Source: Catajapyx aquilonaris
Lineage: Eukaryota
Assembly (NCBI GenBank): GCA_000934665.2
Contig: JYFJ02002325.1
Span: 62,001-86,130, forward strand
Length of the DNA: 24,130 nt
Direction: 5' to 3'
Shown: positions 9,952-22,465 of the stretch, piece by piece
How the letters are laid out: each line of letters opens with the position of its first letter
Position numbering within the stretch: position 1 is the first letter of the stretch
The notes under the pieces: model-generated
Told to the model about the DNA's origin: nothing
The model's input: only the letters and a program-made list of their open reading frames with translations
The model's database searches: none
Program-made: the position numbers and the translations under genes

Positions 9952-11673
9952 TCTTCTCTTCCAGTTCCTCATCTTCCTGAGCTTCCCAACTGGCCAACTG
10001 GAAAGGTTGGGATTGCCCTCCGGAGACCATCTCCACCACAAATTCACAAGCGCATTTTTCCGGAATTCCTTTGTCATCATATTGCTGTTCTTCTTTCCAA
10101 CTCCCCCTTTCCTCTTCTTCGGGGTAACACCAATTCCAAAGATAATCTGAGTTACGACCATGATATATTCCAGTCTATTACATTATTACGGCATAATTCA
10201 CGGTGGCAATATTGCTGCCGACTACTTTTTTATGTATTTAAAAAAAATGTCTTTAAGAGTTTGTTGAAGAGGAAAGAAAGCTGCGGACGATACAATCCTT
10301 CCCTTGATTTGAAAGGGAATCCTGATTGAAAGAGGGAATTGCATGGCCGTGGATCATTTGCGGCTCTCCCGGAATTCTATTAAGATGACGCTATTACAGG
10401 TGGAGCTTATAATATTCCTCATTAGAAAGTTTGAAAGGTTCAGGAGCAGCAACAGCTAGCTGGGAAAACGGGAAAAGGAAAAGGGGGGTGGAAGGAGGAG
10501 GAGGAGGAGACGCTCGTAAAATCTCACAAGTTTGTCGAGACGACGCTCTTGCCTGGAACCAACTTTTGCTGCTTATTCGCGGCGTATTAATAGCAGGCAG
10601 CACTTTTCCCAGCCGAGAAGCCACTTGAGCAACCCGAATTATGTTGCTGGGTGGGGGAGAACCAGCTTATATAATATACCAGGAAGATGAAAAGGCCCTT
10701 ACTTTGCTGGCTGCACCAACACCATCTCTATTTACGACCCAAACGACACGCTTGTCTTACTCCCTCTGTATATTTCTCTATGTGCACACGCATAGCTCCC
10801 CCAAAAAAACCTAATCATCTGGCCGGCGCAATTAAGCCGCGCGATGCAAGTTTAATATCCTTAAAGACTTTATTACTGGGATTTGGAGCCATGCATGCAC
10901 ATCCACACATTTATTAACGCGGCATATATGCCAGCAGTCGAGGTATAGGATCGTCTGGATTTGGATGGGAAATACAGTATTAGCCATCCCCCTCCCCCTG
11001 CTCTGCTGCTACCCCCCACCTCTGCTCTTCCCGGTCAAATTCGCCTGCAAATTGAAATTACACCATGGGGGGCTTTTCTCGCGCTCCAATTAATTCCCAC
11101 CGCTATATGCGCAAAATGCTAACTCCTGTTACGGAATTTTATTGCTCTATTGTAGTTGCGAATGGATGGCTGTGTTATCATTAGGTGCCAACTTTTGCTC
11201 GATTCTGATACACTTTGCACAGCATGTAGTTGTAGCCATCCCCTCCCTTACTTCCCGCTGCAGCAGTTTAATCGACTATTTGAAAATGGAAATTGGTCTG
11301 AAAAGGGGGGGGAGAGGGAGGGGTTGGAAAAGGGTCCCCAATGCTTTCCGTCTTAAGCAGCTTTCACTCTGATCAATATTGGCTTAACCCACTCGTGACT
11401 GGGTTATAATGCCGGCGCAACACGCAACCGGGCCCCTGCTATTTTTAACATTGCAAAAAAAAAACCTCCGAATCGCAAGGTCCTCCTTTATATGGTTCGG
11501 ATTAAAAGCTAGCTCGATTCACCAGCCGCACGTAAAGTGCACATGTGAGGCACGTGCTGAGATGCAATAGATCCAAAAACCTGGCTCTAACGCTGATTGT
11601 TCAGGACAAGCTTGTTGGTCGGATGCCCGCGTTACCTTCATTAGTCAACTGGCTAATTAGAGAACCTCCCCCA

Positions 11674-11683
11674 CTGACGTCAG
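11674..11683. promoter_or_regulatory. Perfect CRE motif within a 10-bp palindrome
   Basis: CTGACGTCAG, flanked by a C-run on the left and a G-run on the right. Confidence 0.25.
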
Positions 11684-12713
11684 GGGGTGAGATTACGGCG
11701 TCGTAAAGTATCCGGGCCATTGATGAAGGTGAGGGCCGTGCAATCGTGCGTTTGTCGTGATATGCGGCACGGATTGCCTTAAAATATGGGGATCGGATGC
11801 GATACGTTTGTTCACAAGAATACTTGCTTTGATTTCCGGATTTGTTCACTCGGTGTTGTGGCGTCAGATGTGCCACGTTTTCATCACCACGATAAAGTTG
11901 AATTAAGCCACTAGCTTCCTTAATGAAGCCTTATCTCAAAACATTTATTTATACCGTGGCCTAGACCCCAATCCGTGACTGATATGTGGCAAGTTGCGAA
12001 ATGAAATGTGTACAGCTGAGCAGTAATTGCGCCAGATTCCATGCTGCATTGACAAACTGGTTTGCTACTGGCGACAACAAAAAGTGGCTTTTCTGTCGCT
12101 TCTCATGTCGGCCGTCCTATCCACGTGCACGCTCAACCCGATAATTGAAATCCGACTCTAAATGACCACCTGCATGTGCTCTGATAGCCAACTGATCATG
12201 GCGTTGTGCTCATCCCACGTCTCCAGTGACCCGTTAATGAAACGCGGGGGGAGGGTACTCGATGCGTACATTTTTGCTGTCACCCTTGTACCGGCAGGGA
12301 ATTATTATGATGCGCGCACTATATAGTCGAACGAGAACTTTTACACAATGGAAATAGCAAGAATTTTCCACTTAAATAATTTGGAAATATATGCCGAACT
12401 ATCCCCTCATTTAAGTGGGTCAGATATTGGCTAATAAATCCGCAAATATTGAATGTCATCCCTAATAAGCGGCGTCCGGTGCAGACTTGTTGCGGATCAT
12501 CACTTTATTTGTGTTGTGTTGGTCCGATGCGCTTTGTGCTGCATGGTTGTCAAGGCAGTGTCAGCGACACGTGGGAACGGATCTAATGCAATTATTTCCA
12601 ACCCAAAATGTTAATACCCCATATTCAACAATGTTAATACTAAAGCGGCCTATACATTAGGGCACATGAAAAGCGCGAACAAGGAATTTTCCAAAATGGA
12701 TCGACACGGTTGG

Positions 12714-12729
12714 TTTGACACACTCTGTA
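12714..12729 (-). mobile_element. Solo terminus of the same Tc1/mariner-type family as 3493-3578
   Basis: Reverse complement TACAGAGTGTGTCAAA matches 3493-3509 (TACAGAGTGTGTGCAAA) with a single 1-nt indel and includes the TA flank. Confidence 0.4.
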
Positions 12730-15427
12730 ATAGAACACACAGCCCAATGAGTTTTCCACTGGTGCCAAAAATGGAGTCCCGATTAGCCCTTTCTTCAGTC
12801 CCTAAAAAGTGAAACAAAGAAATTCTTGTGCCCAAGTCCTCCAGCCTACACAATATGGTTCCACATCACGAAATGGGCCGTTCCGCTCCAATTTGGTCGC
12901 TCGTGGTCGTATGTTGCAACTTGTCATGAAACCGTATATCCCTCCTTGACGACATGAGTGAGCAAGTAACAAAAAAAGTGAAGGGTAGTAAAATGGGACG
13001 GATCTAGGAGGTATGGAGATGGGAAAGTAATCCCGGGGCCATGAACAGGTGGCTGCCGGGAGTGAATGGCTTAAGCAGGAAGGAATAATCTCATCCTCCT
13101 GCACTCTCTCCCTCTGTATGCATGAAGCTGTAAGCAATGGCAGCCGTCGGCATTACCCAGGCGGGGAAACGACTTTGCAGACTCAAGTTGCCATCCGGAA
13201 TAATTACATCCTAACCCCCCCGTCACCATCGCCTCTCCCCATTTTCGCCCCCCTTTTCATCCCTGACCCTCTACTTTCTTGTATGGGTGCCTCTGACTTG
13301 TTGCGTCATCCAAATTTACTACCCTATCCGATAGACCGGTCTAATTACATGTGAGAAAAAGGTGACCCCCAGATTATTTCATTTCCAAACAATTACTCGG
13401 ATTTATTGCACTACTTTGGAAGGAAGTGGGGAGGAAAATGATTGCATTAGAACCAGCAAGTAGATATGGGGTGGAAAAGCGTTGCAGGCTGAGCGCAAAT
13501 GAAAGTAAGACGGATGCGCGTCCATGTCTGCAGCTGACACGCGAATCGGAAAGCTAAATCATATAAATGACATCATAAATCGGGGAGAGGCCTGATTGGG
13601 ATGGTGGCCCGTTCATGCTGCGGCTGGATAAAAGCTGGTGGGGCCCACAACAGGGACCCCCATCAGTCTGCGAACCACTCCAGGTGTGGCCTACGTGTGC
13701 TAGCACGTATGTTCCACCTTTTCCTTCCACCCTTTTTCCACACCCCCAATCACTACTCGCCCCAACATCCTTTGGTGCAATGCAGTCTGACCTTTTCGTG
13801 CCTCGTTGCTCGCTCGCCACCTGCTACTCACTGATACTCACCGTACCCTCCACCCCACCAAAAAATTTCTTGTAGCCACTAGCCACACGTGAGTGACGCG
13901 ACCCCCCCTATAGGAAACTACAAAAACATCATTATGTCCGGTTGCATTTTCATGGGTACGCCACTTGTGCCGGCTAGTACTAAGTCAGATTTGAAACGTT
14001 TCAGGGGAAAAAGAAATTATCGAAAAGTCATGGTGGAAATCTGGGCTTCTCCCAGAGACTAATTAAGACCAGAATTTTTTTTCTACCCTCTTCCAGCCCA
14101 CCCACCACCCGCCGTCCTTCACTCGAAAAAACCTCTGGAGAGAAAAGCTAATAATTGGAGAAAAGTTTTTCCTCCCCTTGGAAGGAGGAGGCTGGCGAAC
14201 AAGTTGTGATAACAAGTCTTCAATGAAGGCGCCACAGCGGAAGCCGCGATAATTCCTCCGCCAATATAATCTGCATTCTCTTCCTGCCTCCCCATTTTCC
14301 TACTAATAGCTCACATTGTGCCTGGGATATTAGCATGGAGGAAGAGTAGGTAGCCCAGGCCTAACCCAGGCGCCCGGATATGTAACTTTCCGAGCAAAGT
14401 ATGCCTTAAACTGCATGCTCTGACCGCCGGCTAGTTGCAAGAGCAGGGTCCGAGAATGCGGCTCCATTGTTGCCCGGACTAATGTGCGTATCATCATGCT
14501 GCAGGTTTAAGTATAGTGGAGGATGTTGAAAGGGAAACTACTAACAGACGCTAGTTGGCTGCTGCCTGGCCTATACCAAGGTACACACTTCTCACTCAGT
14601 GCAAAGAGAAGTCAAGTTTTCTTGCTGGGAAAGTACGCTCAAGGCGGCTGCATTTAATTATTCAAGTCCGGGTAAACTTCAAAGCGAATTGTTAAATTCG
14701 CCTTGGGGTTAATGTCCGCCGCGTATATTTGATTGCGGCCGCCTAGGGTTTGCATCCACTGAAGAAAGAACTTTAAAGGAATGAGAAAATGTAACGCTCT
14801 CTAGGTTTTCACGGACCGCCTCGGCTTGCTGTAAATTGTTAGTGAACGAAGGCGTCTGATGTTGTAGTTTGTTGCATAATAACATAGTCAATAAGTAGTG
14901 AAGTGCAATTTACAATGACATAGTGTGTACCCAAGTTAGTATCAGTGTACTCTATACCAAGATGTGAGGTAGGACAAGAGACGATATATTGTACACCGTG
15001 GATAGAAGGCGAGACTGTAAAGATGAATGAGTCGCTGTCGAGCGAATGCATGTAGTACAGCGCAGTATGTGTGTCCTGCAGATTGTGTTTTGCGGAGAGG
15101 AAAGGAAAGGCTGCTGGGTCACGGTGCACATCAGGAAAAAAGCTTTTTTGGGGGGAGGACCAAGCGAGGAAGTGACAGGGAAGTGATGGAGGTGCCATTG
15201 TGTTCCAATTTACAGCTCCCTCTTGGTCATTGGGGAAAGAGGCTCCATGATTGCGAAGGGCGGGAAGAGGTCGCGGCGGATGGATCGGAGGCCGAGCCCG
15301 ATAAAGATGCTAATGCGGCCCACTCTCGGCCCGATCCCGGATTTATGTCCCCAATCTACATTGTAACGATGCAAAATATCCCCTCCCCTGCAGGAAGTTG
15401 ATTTAGTGTCCCCGGTCTGGAGGCAGG

Positions 15428-15459
15428 AGGGGTAAGGGAGGGAAGGGGGGGGGGGGGNG
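15428..15459 (+). repeat. G-rich tract and poly-G with one ambiguous base (N at 15458)
   Basis: GGGG, GGG and GGG tracts followed by a long G homopolymer. Confidence 0.85.
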
Positions 15460-16129
15460 CTCAGGCCTGGCGGGTAGGGGGTTAGGATCAGCCGAGATTT
15501 GGGTGCCTGGGCGCCTGTCTAAGGACGCAAACAATGCAATACCTTCTCCACTGCCGTTTCTTTGCACTCTTATCTGACTATTGGTTGTCAGCCTCTGCGC
15601 AGGTGCTACCTGCGCATTTCCCAGAAACTGCTTGGAGAATAGTGGATTTATTTTCTCGCATATGTACACATGGAGCCAGTAAAATAATCTGGCACCACAC
15701 TCCCTATGTATATTAAAGTTGCGACTATTTTGCAGCTGCAAGAGTTGGACCAATCCCTTGGTGACAAACAAAGAGTCAATTAGAGTACACAGAACAGGCC
15801 TTGTCCTCAGTAATGAGTCGAGACCCCTGTGCCTTGCGGTAGGGAATAACCGAGAATAACCATGCAATATAGGGCCGTAGTTTGTGAAAGAAAAAGTAGG
15901 TGTGGTAGTGGGGTGGAACTTGCAGGCAGGCAAAGCAGGGGCTGCTGGGTATTTGCCGAGAAAGTCCTTGGAGCAGCTGGTTCCTCTGTTTGGATGGGAA
16001 GCGGCGAAGGCGAGAATGGAGGTCAACAGGCGGTGGATTTGCATGAATCGCCGGTAGGCGAGAGCTTCTTGATGGGGACACGTCAGCGGATTCTGTGAGA
16101 GAGCTAGAGAAGAGAGAGAAAGCCTGGTC

Positions 16130-16160
16130 GGAAGGAAGCAGGAAGGAAGGAAGGAAGGAA
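16130..16160. repeat. (GGAA)n microsatellite
   Basis: GGAA x2, GCA, GGAA x5. Confidence 0.9.
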
Positions 16161-16707
16161 GAGCGACGAGTGGTATCGGTTGGCAGACCCCCACATGAAT
16201 CTTACCTCCCAACCTACCACCCTCTCTCCATCTAATTTGCCTGCTGGCACTTTTTTCTCTCTCCTGGGGAGTGGCCCAGGGGGCAATCTGTTTCAGTCCC
16301 CGATAAAGGCAGGGTATAGTGATGGAGTGGGTCGGATGAACCCCAACAATGAATACTTGTCACCTTGCACCTAGGACGCATGCGTATGCTGGTTGGACGT
16401 CCATAAATTACATTTTGTGGTCTTTAAAACCCAAGTACATTCCCACGTCATGCTTGTCACATTTATTGTTCTGCAGGACTGAATTATGACGCATACACTT
16501 CATTACTGTGATGTCCATCTGGCATTTACAAAGGCGGCGGCTTGCCGAGCGGACGGGCGTTGGATATAGGCCTGTTACTGATGCGGGATTACGTTTTATC
16601 CCAGTAGTAGATTACACTGACATCCCTAGTTGGCTTACCAGTGATTTGATGCTGGAAGAAAAGTTGCTGCTTTATACCAAATAATCCAGAGCCTACAGGT
16701 GGAGTAG

Positions 16708-16758
16708 CATTATTAATATTTTATTTTCCGAACAATTGCGTGGTATTTCTAGGTAAGA
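16708..16758 (+). other. Strong splice donor, possibly a second recursive splice site
   Basis: AG-free, T-rich stretch from 16708 ending TATTTCTAG|GTAAGA, junction at 16752/16753. Confidence 0.2.
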
Positions 16759-17697
16759 ATCAGACTATTTGTTTAGTACTGCGATTGCCCAGATCAAAGC
16801 GAATGCATGTGCTCGCACCGGTATTTTCCTATTGAAACTGTCCTCCAGAAAGCATGTTCGTACATGGAGGAAATGGAAGAAGAGAGGCTGTGTCACTTTG
16901 TGAGTCCAGAAGAGAAGAACGGAAGAATCCCAATAGGAAGAAAGGAATAAGGCCCCAGGGAAGCAGCGCTGATCCTCTCTCTGAGAGGCTCCTTTTCCAC
17001 TCGAATGCTGAGTAAGCAGAGCCAACTGTCTCTTTGGCCGCCAAGTCAAGGGACAGACGAAGGAGAAGGGGGCGGGAGGGGGAATCAGTCTGCGTGGGAG
17101 GAGGGTGGGCGGATGGGCAGAAAATGGAAGACAAGATTAAATTGTTTTCTGTTGGACTCGCGTGAAGAAAAAGAAAGAGAGAAAAAAGCACGAGTCGGAT
17201 AGGGGTGACGGTATTTCTACTCATATGGCTTTCACTTCAAACAAAAATATAACATTTCTGTGAGACTCCGGAGATTTCGATGGTGTGGGTGGAATGATTC
17301 AGGCAGTTGGAGGGGTGAGTATGGGACAGAAGATGTCACGGCGTTTATTTCGAGTCAGGTCTTGAAAAGCCTGAGCCGTTGGCCCCAAGTCGACAGCAAG
17401 ATGAGCTGGGAGAAAGCGGAAATCGAATTTCTCGACCTTTTTTTTATATATATACTTTTCTCTTTTCTTCCACGTTCCCTCCTTCTTCCCCATCTTTTCC
17501 TGCAAGAAGTAAAAGAGAAGTGTCCCGATTCACATTAACTGAGAATTCCAGAAACTTCAGCAAAATTTTCCGCCCGGACGCCTGGGCTGTCACACGCTCC
17601 GAATGGCATCTCATGTGAAAATGGCCCGATTATTTTCTGGCGTGCTGCCCCTGCCAGCACAAGCGACAGGCAGGCGCAGGGCTTTTCTATGCCGACT

Positions 17698-17734
17698 GGG
17701 ATGGGTGGGGAGGGGGAAGGCGGGGGAGGGAGGG
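17698..17734 (+). other. G-quadruplex-capable sequence
   Basis: Seven tracts of 3-5 G separated by short loops within 37 bp. Confidence 0.6.
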
Positions 17735-20288
17735 ACCGTCGACGCACGTCACACTTGATCTAACTAAGAGCTGCCATAACATCCTGCCGGATACATTCCA
17801 GCAATGAGGATTCCGCTGTCTTCCTTTATACCACTCCACGCGAATGCCATTTCGGAAAGAAATGTCATAATCCGGGGTCTGTATATACCTTTTTTGGCGA
17901 TATTTGGAACGGGGTTGGCTTTAGTGAGGGGGTAGTAGAAGCTGAGATAATCCGGTGTCAAAGTATGTAATAAGTGGGATGGAAATTAATGGCTTTGAAG
18001 TGTAAGATGGATTTTTGCTTGTCAAAGAAATTCCGGCTTTTGTATGGCGATGTGTAGCACTTTACAAATTATTTGGCACTGGATCAGCATTTCAGTGTAC
18101 AATTTACAAGGCTCTGGTTTGTACTGTACGTTGACTATGAGGAATCACTCTGGAACAACAATACTATTGATACACAAATTGAAAATTATGTTATGCCATG
18201 AATTTCCTTCAGTTATTCAGGTTATGACAGTCGTGTGTTATGCATTCTATTGTAATATTATGCTAGTTACATCATTCGGGGTGGGTTATAAAAAGCTGCA
18301 GGTTGTAGGTCTGGTTTGGTTCAGCCACCCCCCCAGCTACAGGAGGTCATGCAACAGGCGGCCCCGCCAATGGTCACACGTTGCATGCGAATTTTGCAGA
18401 ACTATTTCAGTAGCAGCAAAAAGGGTCACGCAACACCCCTTCACATACGTATCCAGGTCGCATTTATTATTCATGGTGTCATTTTTTTCTAATAATTTCG
18501 TCACTATCCCTACAGTTGCCTGTTGCATATCGGATATACTGTACTCACGCCAGGCTTTTGGATATGAACATAATAATATCCCCATCAGTACGTGATAGTT
18601 GCATCTTCTGGTCCAGCAAGGATGTGTGACAGGCAGCGTTTGTGCCTGTGAAGATGAGAGTATTTGGTGGCTCGTGTTGGGAAATTCTGAGCAAAGAAGA
18701 CGAGCCTTGTTGAGGAGGCCAGAGTCCCGCCTCTCAGCACAAAGCCATCTCCCCCTCTCGCCATCTTTCACGTCTGCGGCTGCAAACTCTCCCCCAACCC
18801 CCCACCTATTCCAAGCCACAAAAGTGGCAAACCACAATTCTCTACCCCACCCAACCCACCCCACCCCCAAGCCCTCTTGCAAGAAGCGCCATTAGCTTCC
18901 CAAAGGGAATGACGTCCAAAGAGCACAATGAATGCTCTTGCTGGAATCGCATCTAATGGATCTTTGGGAAGAAGAAACCTACCCTCCTCCTCCCAGATGC
19001 TTCTGCACCATAGTGGAGGAGGGAGAGGAAAAAAGAAAGGGGGAGGGTAGTATGGGGTTGGGGGACATCAGGGCGCCACAAGTGAAATTAATCCACCACA
19101 AGTGGAGAAGTGATGATGTGACTTTTGTCACTGGAGAAATGGGGGTGCAGGGTAGGGTTGGAGGAGGTGTCAACAAGTTATATTACGAGGCATATTTTTT
19201 TGGCTGAACTTGTACGAGTTTTGTAAGTCCAACCAGGAAGGACTAGGACCAGGTTTCTCCCGTTGAAATATGGCGTTTAATTTTTGTAATCAGTTTGTGA
19301 CTCATATGAAAACATAACCTTTCAAAATTTATGAGCAGGTAATTATTAAAACCAGGGTATCTTATATTGTCAAAAGTAGGCCTATGTCAATTCCTGCCTT
19401 TCCTGGTTACAGGCGTAAACTCAACGCTAAATTCCTATTTCCAATATATCGGTATGGAACATTTGCACATCCATTGGGCAAGGTCAGCATGGTCGTGAAA
19501 AGACTCGCTAACCTTAAATATGATTCCTTCTTTTTTTTGAAGTATTCGACATGAAGCAGATAACCAGGTAAATAGCAGGCAGCATTCAACAGTATACATT
19601 GCCCCGCACATATTTCAAACGGTTTAAAGCGTTATAAATATTAACACGTCTGCATAAATTAGAAGGCAAGGTAGCTTTTAACGTGCGTGGACAAGATTTT
19701 TAAAATGCCGCAGCCTCGTGAGTAATGGCAGCATAGTGCTTCATTGTTATAAAAATTTATAGTGTGGTTAGGGTAACGGAGTAAAAGTGCAAATATAGCC
19801 GTCTTATTCTAGGTCCTAGTGAGTAAAAGATACGGTCGGAGTTACTGAAAGAGCGAAATAAAGCCTGGAAAAGGGGCCGTTAGAATGTGGAGATTGGTGC
19901 AAAGTGTAGTCTGGTCTCCCACCGACTGAGGGCAGCAGCCGCCGCTGGAGCTCGGATTGAACCGTTCCTTTCAAGAACTCAACTGCCTTCCAATGGCTGT
20001 TACCGCCTTACTTTCGGAAAGGTCCTGGAATTTACTGCCGCCGAATTTGATTGGATTGGGCTTAGGGAAGGCAGCGGGAATCCTCCCAAAGCCTGCGTAA
20101 TATAATCCAGTAGGTTGCGATGTGGTTGCGATCAGCTAAGGTCGAAGAAGGGGGCCGCTGCTGGGCTGCTGCGGTGGAGTATAGAAAAAGAGAGGAAGAG
20201 GAGGGCCATCTTGTGTGCTGCTCTTCCAGTCCTCTTCACCTCCTTCCCCCACCAACAGCTAATCAATATGAGTAGGCCCTTTTCTCTG

Positions 20289-20310
20289 CCACCCACCCAC
20301 CCACCCACCC
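20289..20310 (-). repeat. (CCAC)5 microsatellite, equal to (GGGT)5 on the minus strand
   Basis: CCACCCACCCACCCACCCACCC. Confidence 0.9.
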
Positions 20311-22396
20311 TCAGAACCACCCCCTCTACTCTTTTCTGCTCTTCTCATTCTTAGTCCTGAAACTCCGCCAAGGACGGCCATTAGTCAGCGCCAGCAGCCT
20401 TCTTTTCTTTGCTGCTGTAGCGCAGGCCAAAAGGAGCTAGCTTCAGGCCACATCTGGCATGATGGATGCTGCTCCAGCCATAAGGGATCAAACACCTAGA
20501 CCTAACCTGCCATGACCTCCAACACACTAGATGCACTACAGCCCAATCTTGCTCCTGCTAGGTTCACCATATTGCAAACTTTTACATGTACTGTATTGGT
20601 AACCACATTTTTTGGCTTACGAGCTACAATTTGCAGGTTGCTACAGGTACATTGCCGGTCACAAGATTAACTTGTGTTGTCCTGATTGCCAATGATTTTT
20701 TGAGCGCTTGCCAGTAAATTGTGACAGGTGGTTTTCCACCAATTTGGAACCTGTGTAACGTAATGAGTTTGGTGCATCGATCGTCTGGGAAAAGGTGGAG
20801 TCGAGAAGAGGTCTTTTGTTGACCGGCGGTTGAGTCACCACATATTCAACAAAAGAAACGTATTCGAAACTGTTCATCTACAACCAGAATGCTGTTGTTT
20901 GTTGCACATGCAGAAACTCGTATAAATTTAATACCCAGTCATCACCTTGCGAGTTATCTATAAATTGAACAATCTATTTCCCTGGCCTACACGCTCCATG
21001 CGCTGCTTCCATTTTGAGCACTATGCAGCAGTTTTAAGCAGTTTACTTTATAAATCACATCAACGGGGTTCTTCAGCCGGCGGGATTGTTCCATTTGGAC
21101 AAGTCCGTTCGGCCTTGTTTGCATGAATTCATCCTCTTCTTCCTGCAGAGTAGACTCTAAGGCCTAATCCATTTTATTCCACCGCGCGTTTTGTTGCATT
21201 CGATAATCCCATCTCATTAAGCGGCTGCAATAGGAAAATCATTTTCAGGGGCGCTCGTAATGCTGGCGTTATTACACAGAAAAGAGGCAAAGATGAGATT
21301 GCTAATTGACTAAACTTTGTGCCTCGAAGTAGTCGAGGGAACTGGTTGGACGGGTGGAAAAGGATTGAAGAGGGAGTAACGTGCGCTGAAACCCACGCTT
21401 ATGGGGGGTCTGGATGGAATGAAATTCTCTGCCTTATAGCCTATACCCAACTGCCCTTACCCGCCCCACAATTCCACTAGTGGTTTTATACGTGTGTGTG
21501 TTTTTCCCCCTCTATTTTTAATAAGAGGAACGAGAAGTATCCTTCATTCAGTACCGTCAGAGTCCATGCAACTCCAAGGAAACGATGGCAATTTAGTGGG
21601 TTCAAGTGTCATTATTGGGGTGGGCTTCATTAGGCCTTGACGTGCTGCACTAATGAAGCGAATTTCTGGTTGTAGGCGGGGGATAGAGATGAAATGGGGA
21701 AGGGGGGGGGGGGGTTCCATGCTGTACTCAGAAACTCGTTTTTTTGTATAATTGCTTCCAAGTGCATTTAGCAAAGTTCAAATCGATTTATGCCATTAGC
21801 ATTTTTTAGCGATCCAAGGTTGCAAATTCTGAGGGACCAATGTAAAATGAGATCAGAATTTATCCGACGGGTTCAGTTGAAAGGATTAATTATTACTCAT
21901 GGTGTTCGCTGCTTTATTGAATGTTAGTCAAAGAATGAGTCACTGTACAGGATGTCTAAGTAAGTTCTGCAATGACCGCGGCATATTTTCGCAATAAAAT
22001 AGGTTATGTGTATCTACAAGTAGGCCTAATTAGTAAATACGTAATAACGTCTAAGCCATTTTTCCTGGTAGACTACTGTACAAAATATTTACAACACGTA
22101 TGTTGCTAGATTTACCTCGATATAAAATTTTGTTATTAACGCTTCATTTGTCTAATAACTAACTAATTTCCGACACAAAATAGGAGTGGGGGGTGGAGGT
22201 GAGAGGGGATATAGACCAAGAGGGAGGGAGAGCCGATGAAACTTGGCACTTTGCTCCCTGCATTTGGGAAGGGGCAGGCTGACTTCCCAAGGCGGTAGAG
22301 TCTGATGAGCCTGATGAAATGGAGGAATAGGACCTGCCACACTTCCTTCCTACACTTTGCCAAAGTTGAAACGCCATTTGGGACCCACCCCCTTTC

Positions 22397-22462
<66 letters not shown>
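22397..22462. repeat. (CT)n microsatellite
   Basis: Perfect (CT)28 at 22407-22462 with an imperfect 5' extension. Confidence 0.97.

Positions 22463-22465
<3 letters not shown>

Noticed and set aside
12607..12640. 11-bp direct repeat AATGTTAATAC
   Set aside because: Only two copies with a 12-nt spacer; no array or element can be defined.
15403..16212. Longest ORF (269 aa, minus strand)
   Set aside because: It runs through a (GGAA)n microsatellite, GA repeats and a poly-G with an N; it has a non-ATG start and no recognisable domain.
3412..16447. Su(H)-type YGTGRGAA sites at 3412, 7643, 12570, 13350 and 16440
   Set aside because: About 3 are expected by chance; they are dispersed and not in paired-site configuration.
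12457..16628. CATCCCTA twice, resembling hAT-type TAGGGATG termini
   Set aside because: Both are in the same orientation, with no partner terminus or 8-bp target duplication found.
2492..18082. ATTTGGCACTGG twice (miR-96/263-like seed) and ATTGTACTTC at 4720 (miR-305-like start)
   Set aside because: The matches stop after 10-12 nt and I saw no precursor hairpin.
18044..18882. Overlapping 183-aa (+) and 181-aa (-) ORFs; KAWREYSISDMQQA faintly recalls the first helix of a pipsqueak-type HTH of pogo transposases
   Set aside because: The similarity is one short stretch with no following HTH or DDE motifs. A BLASTx or HMMER search would be needed.
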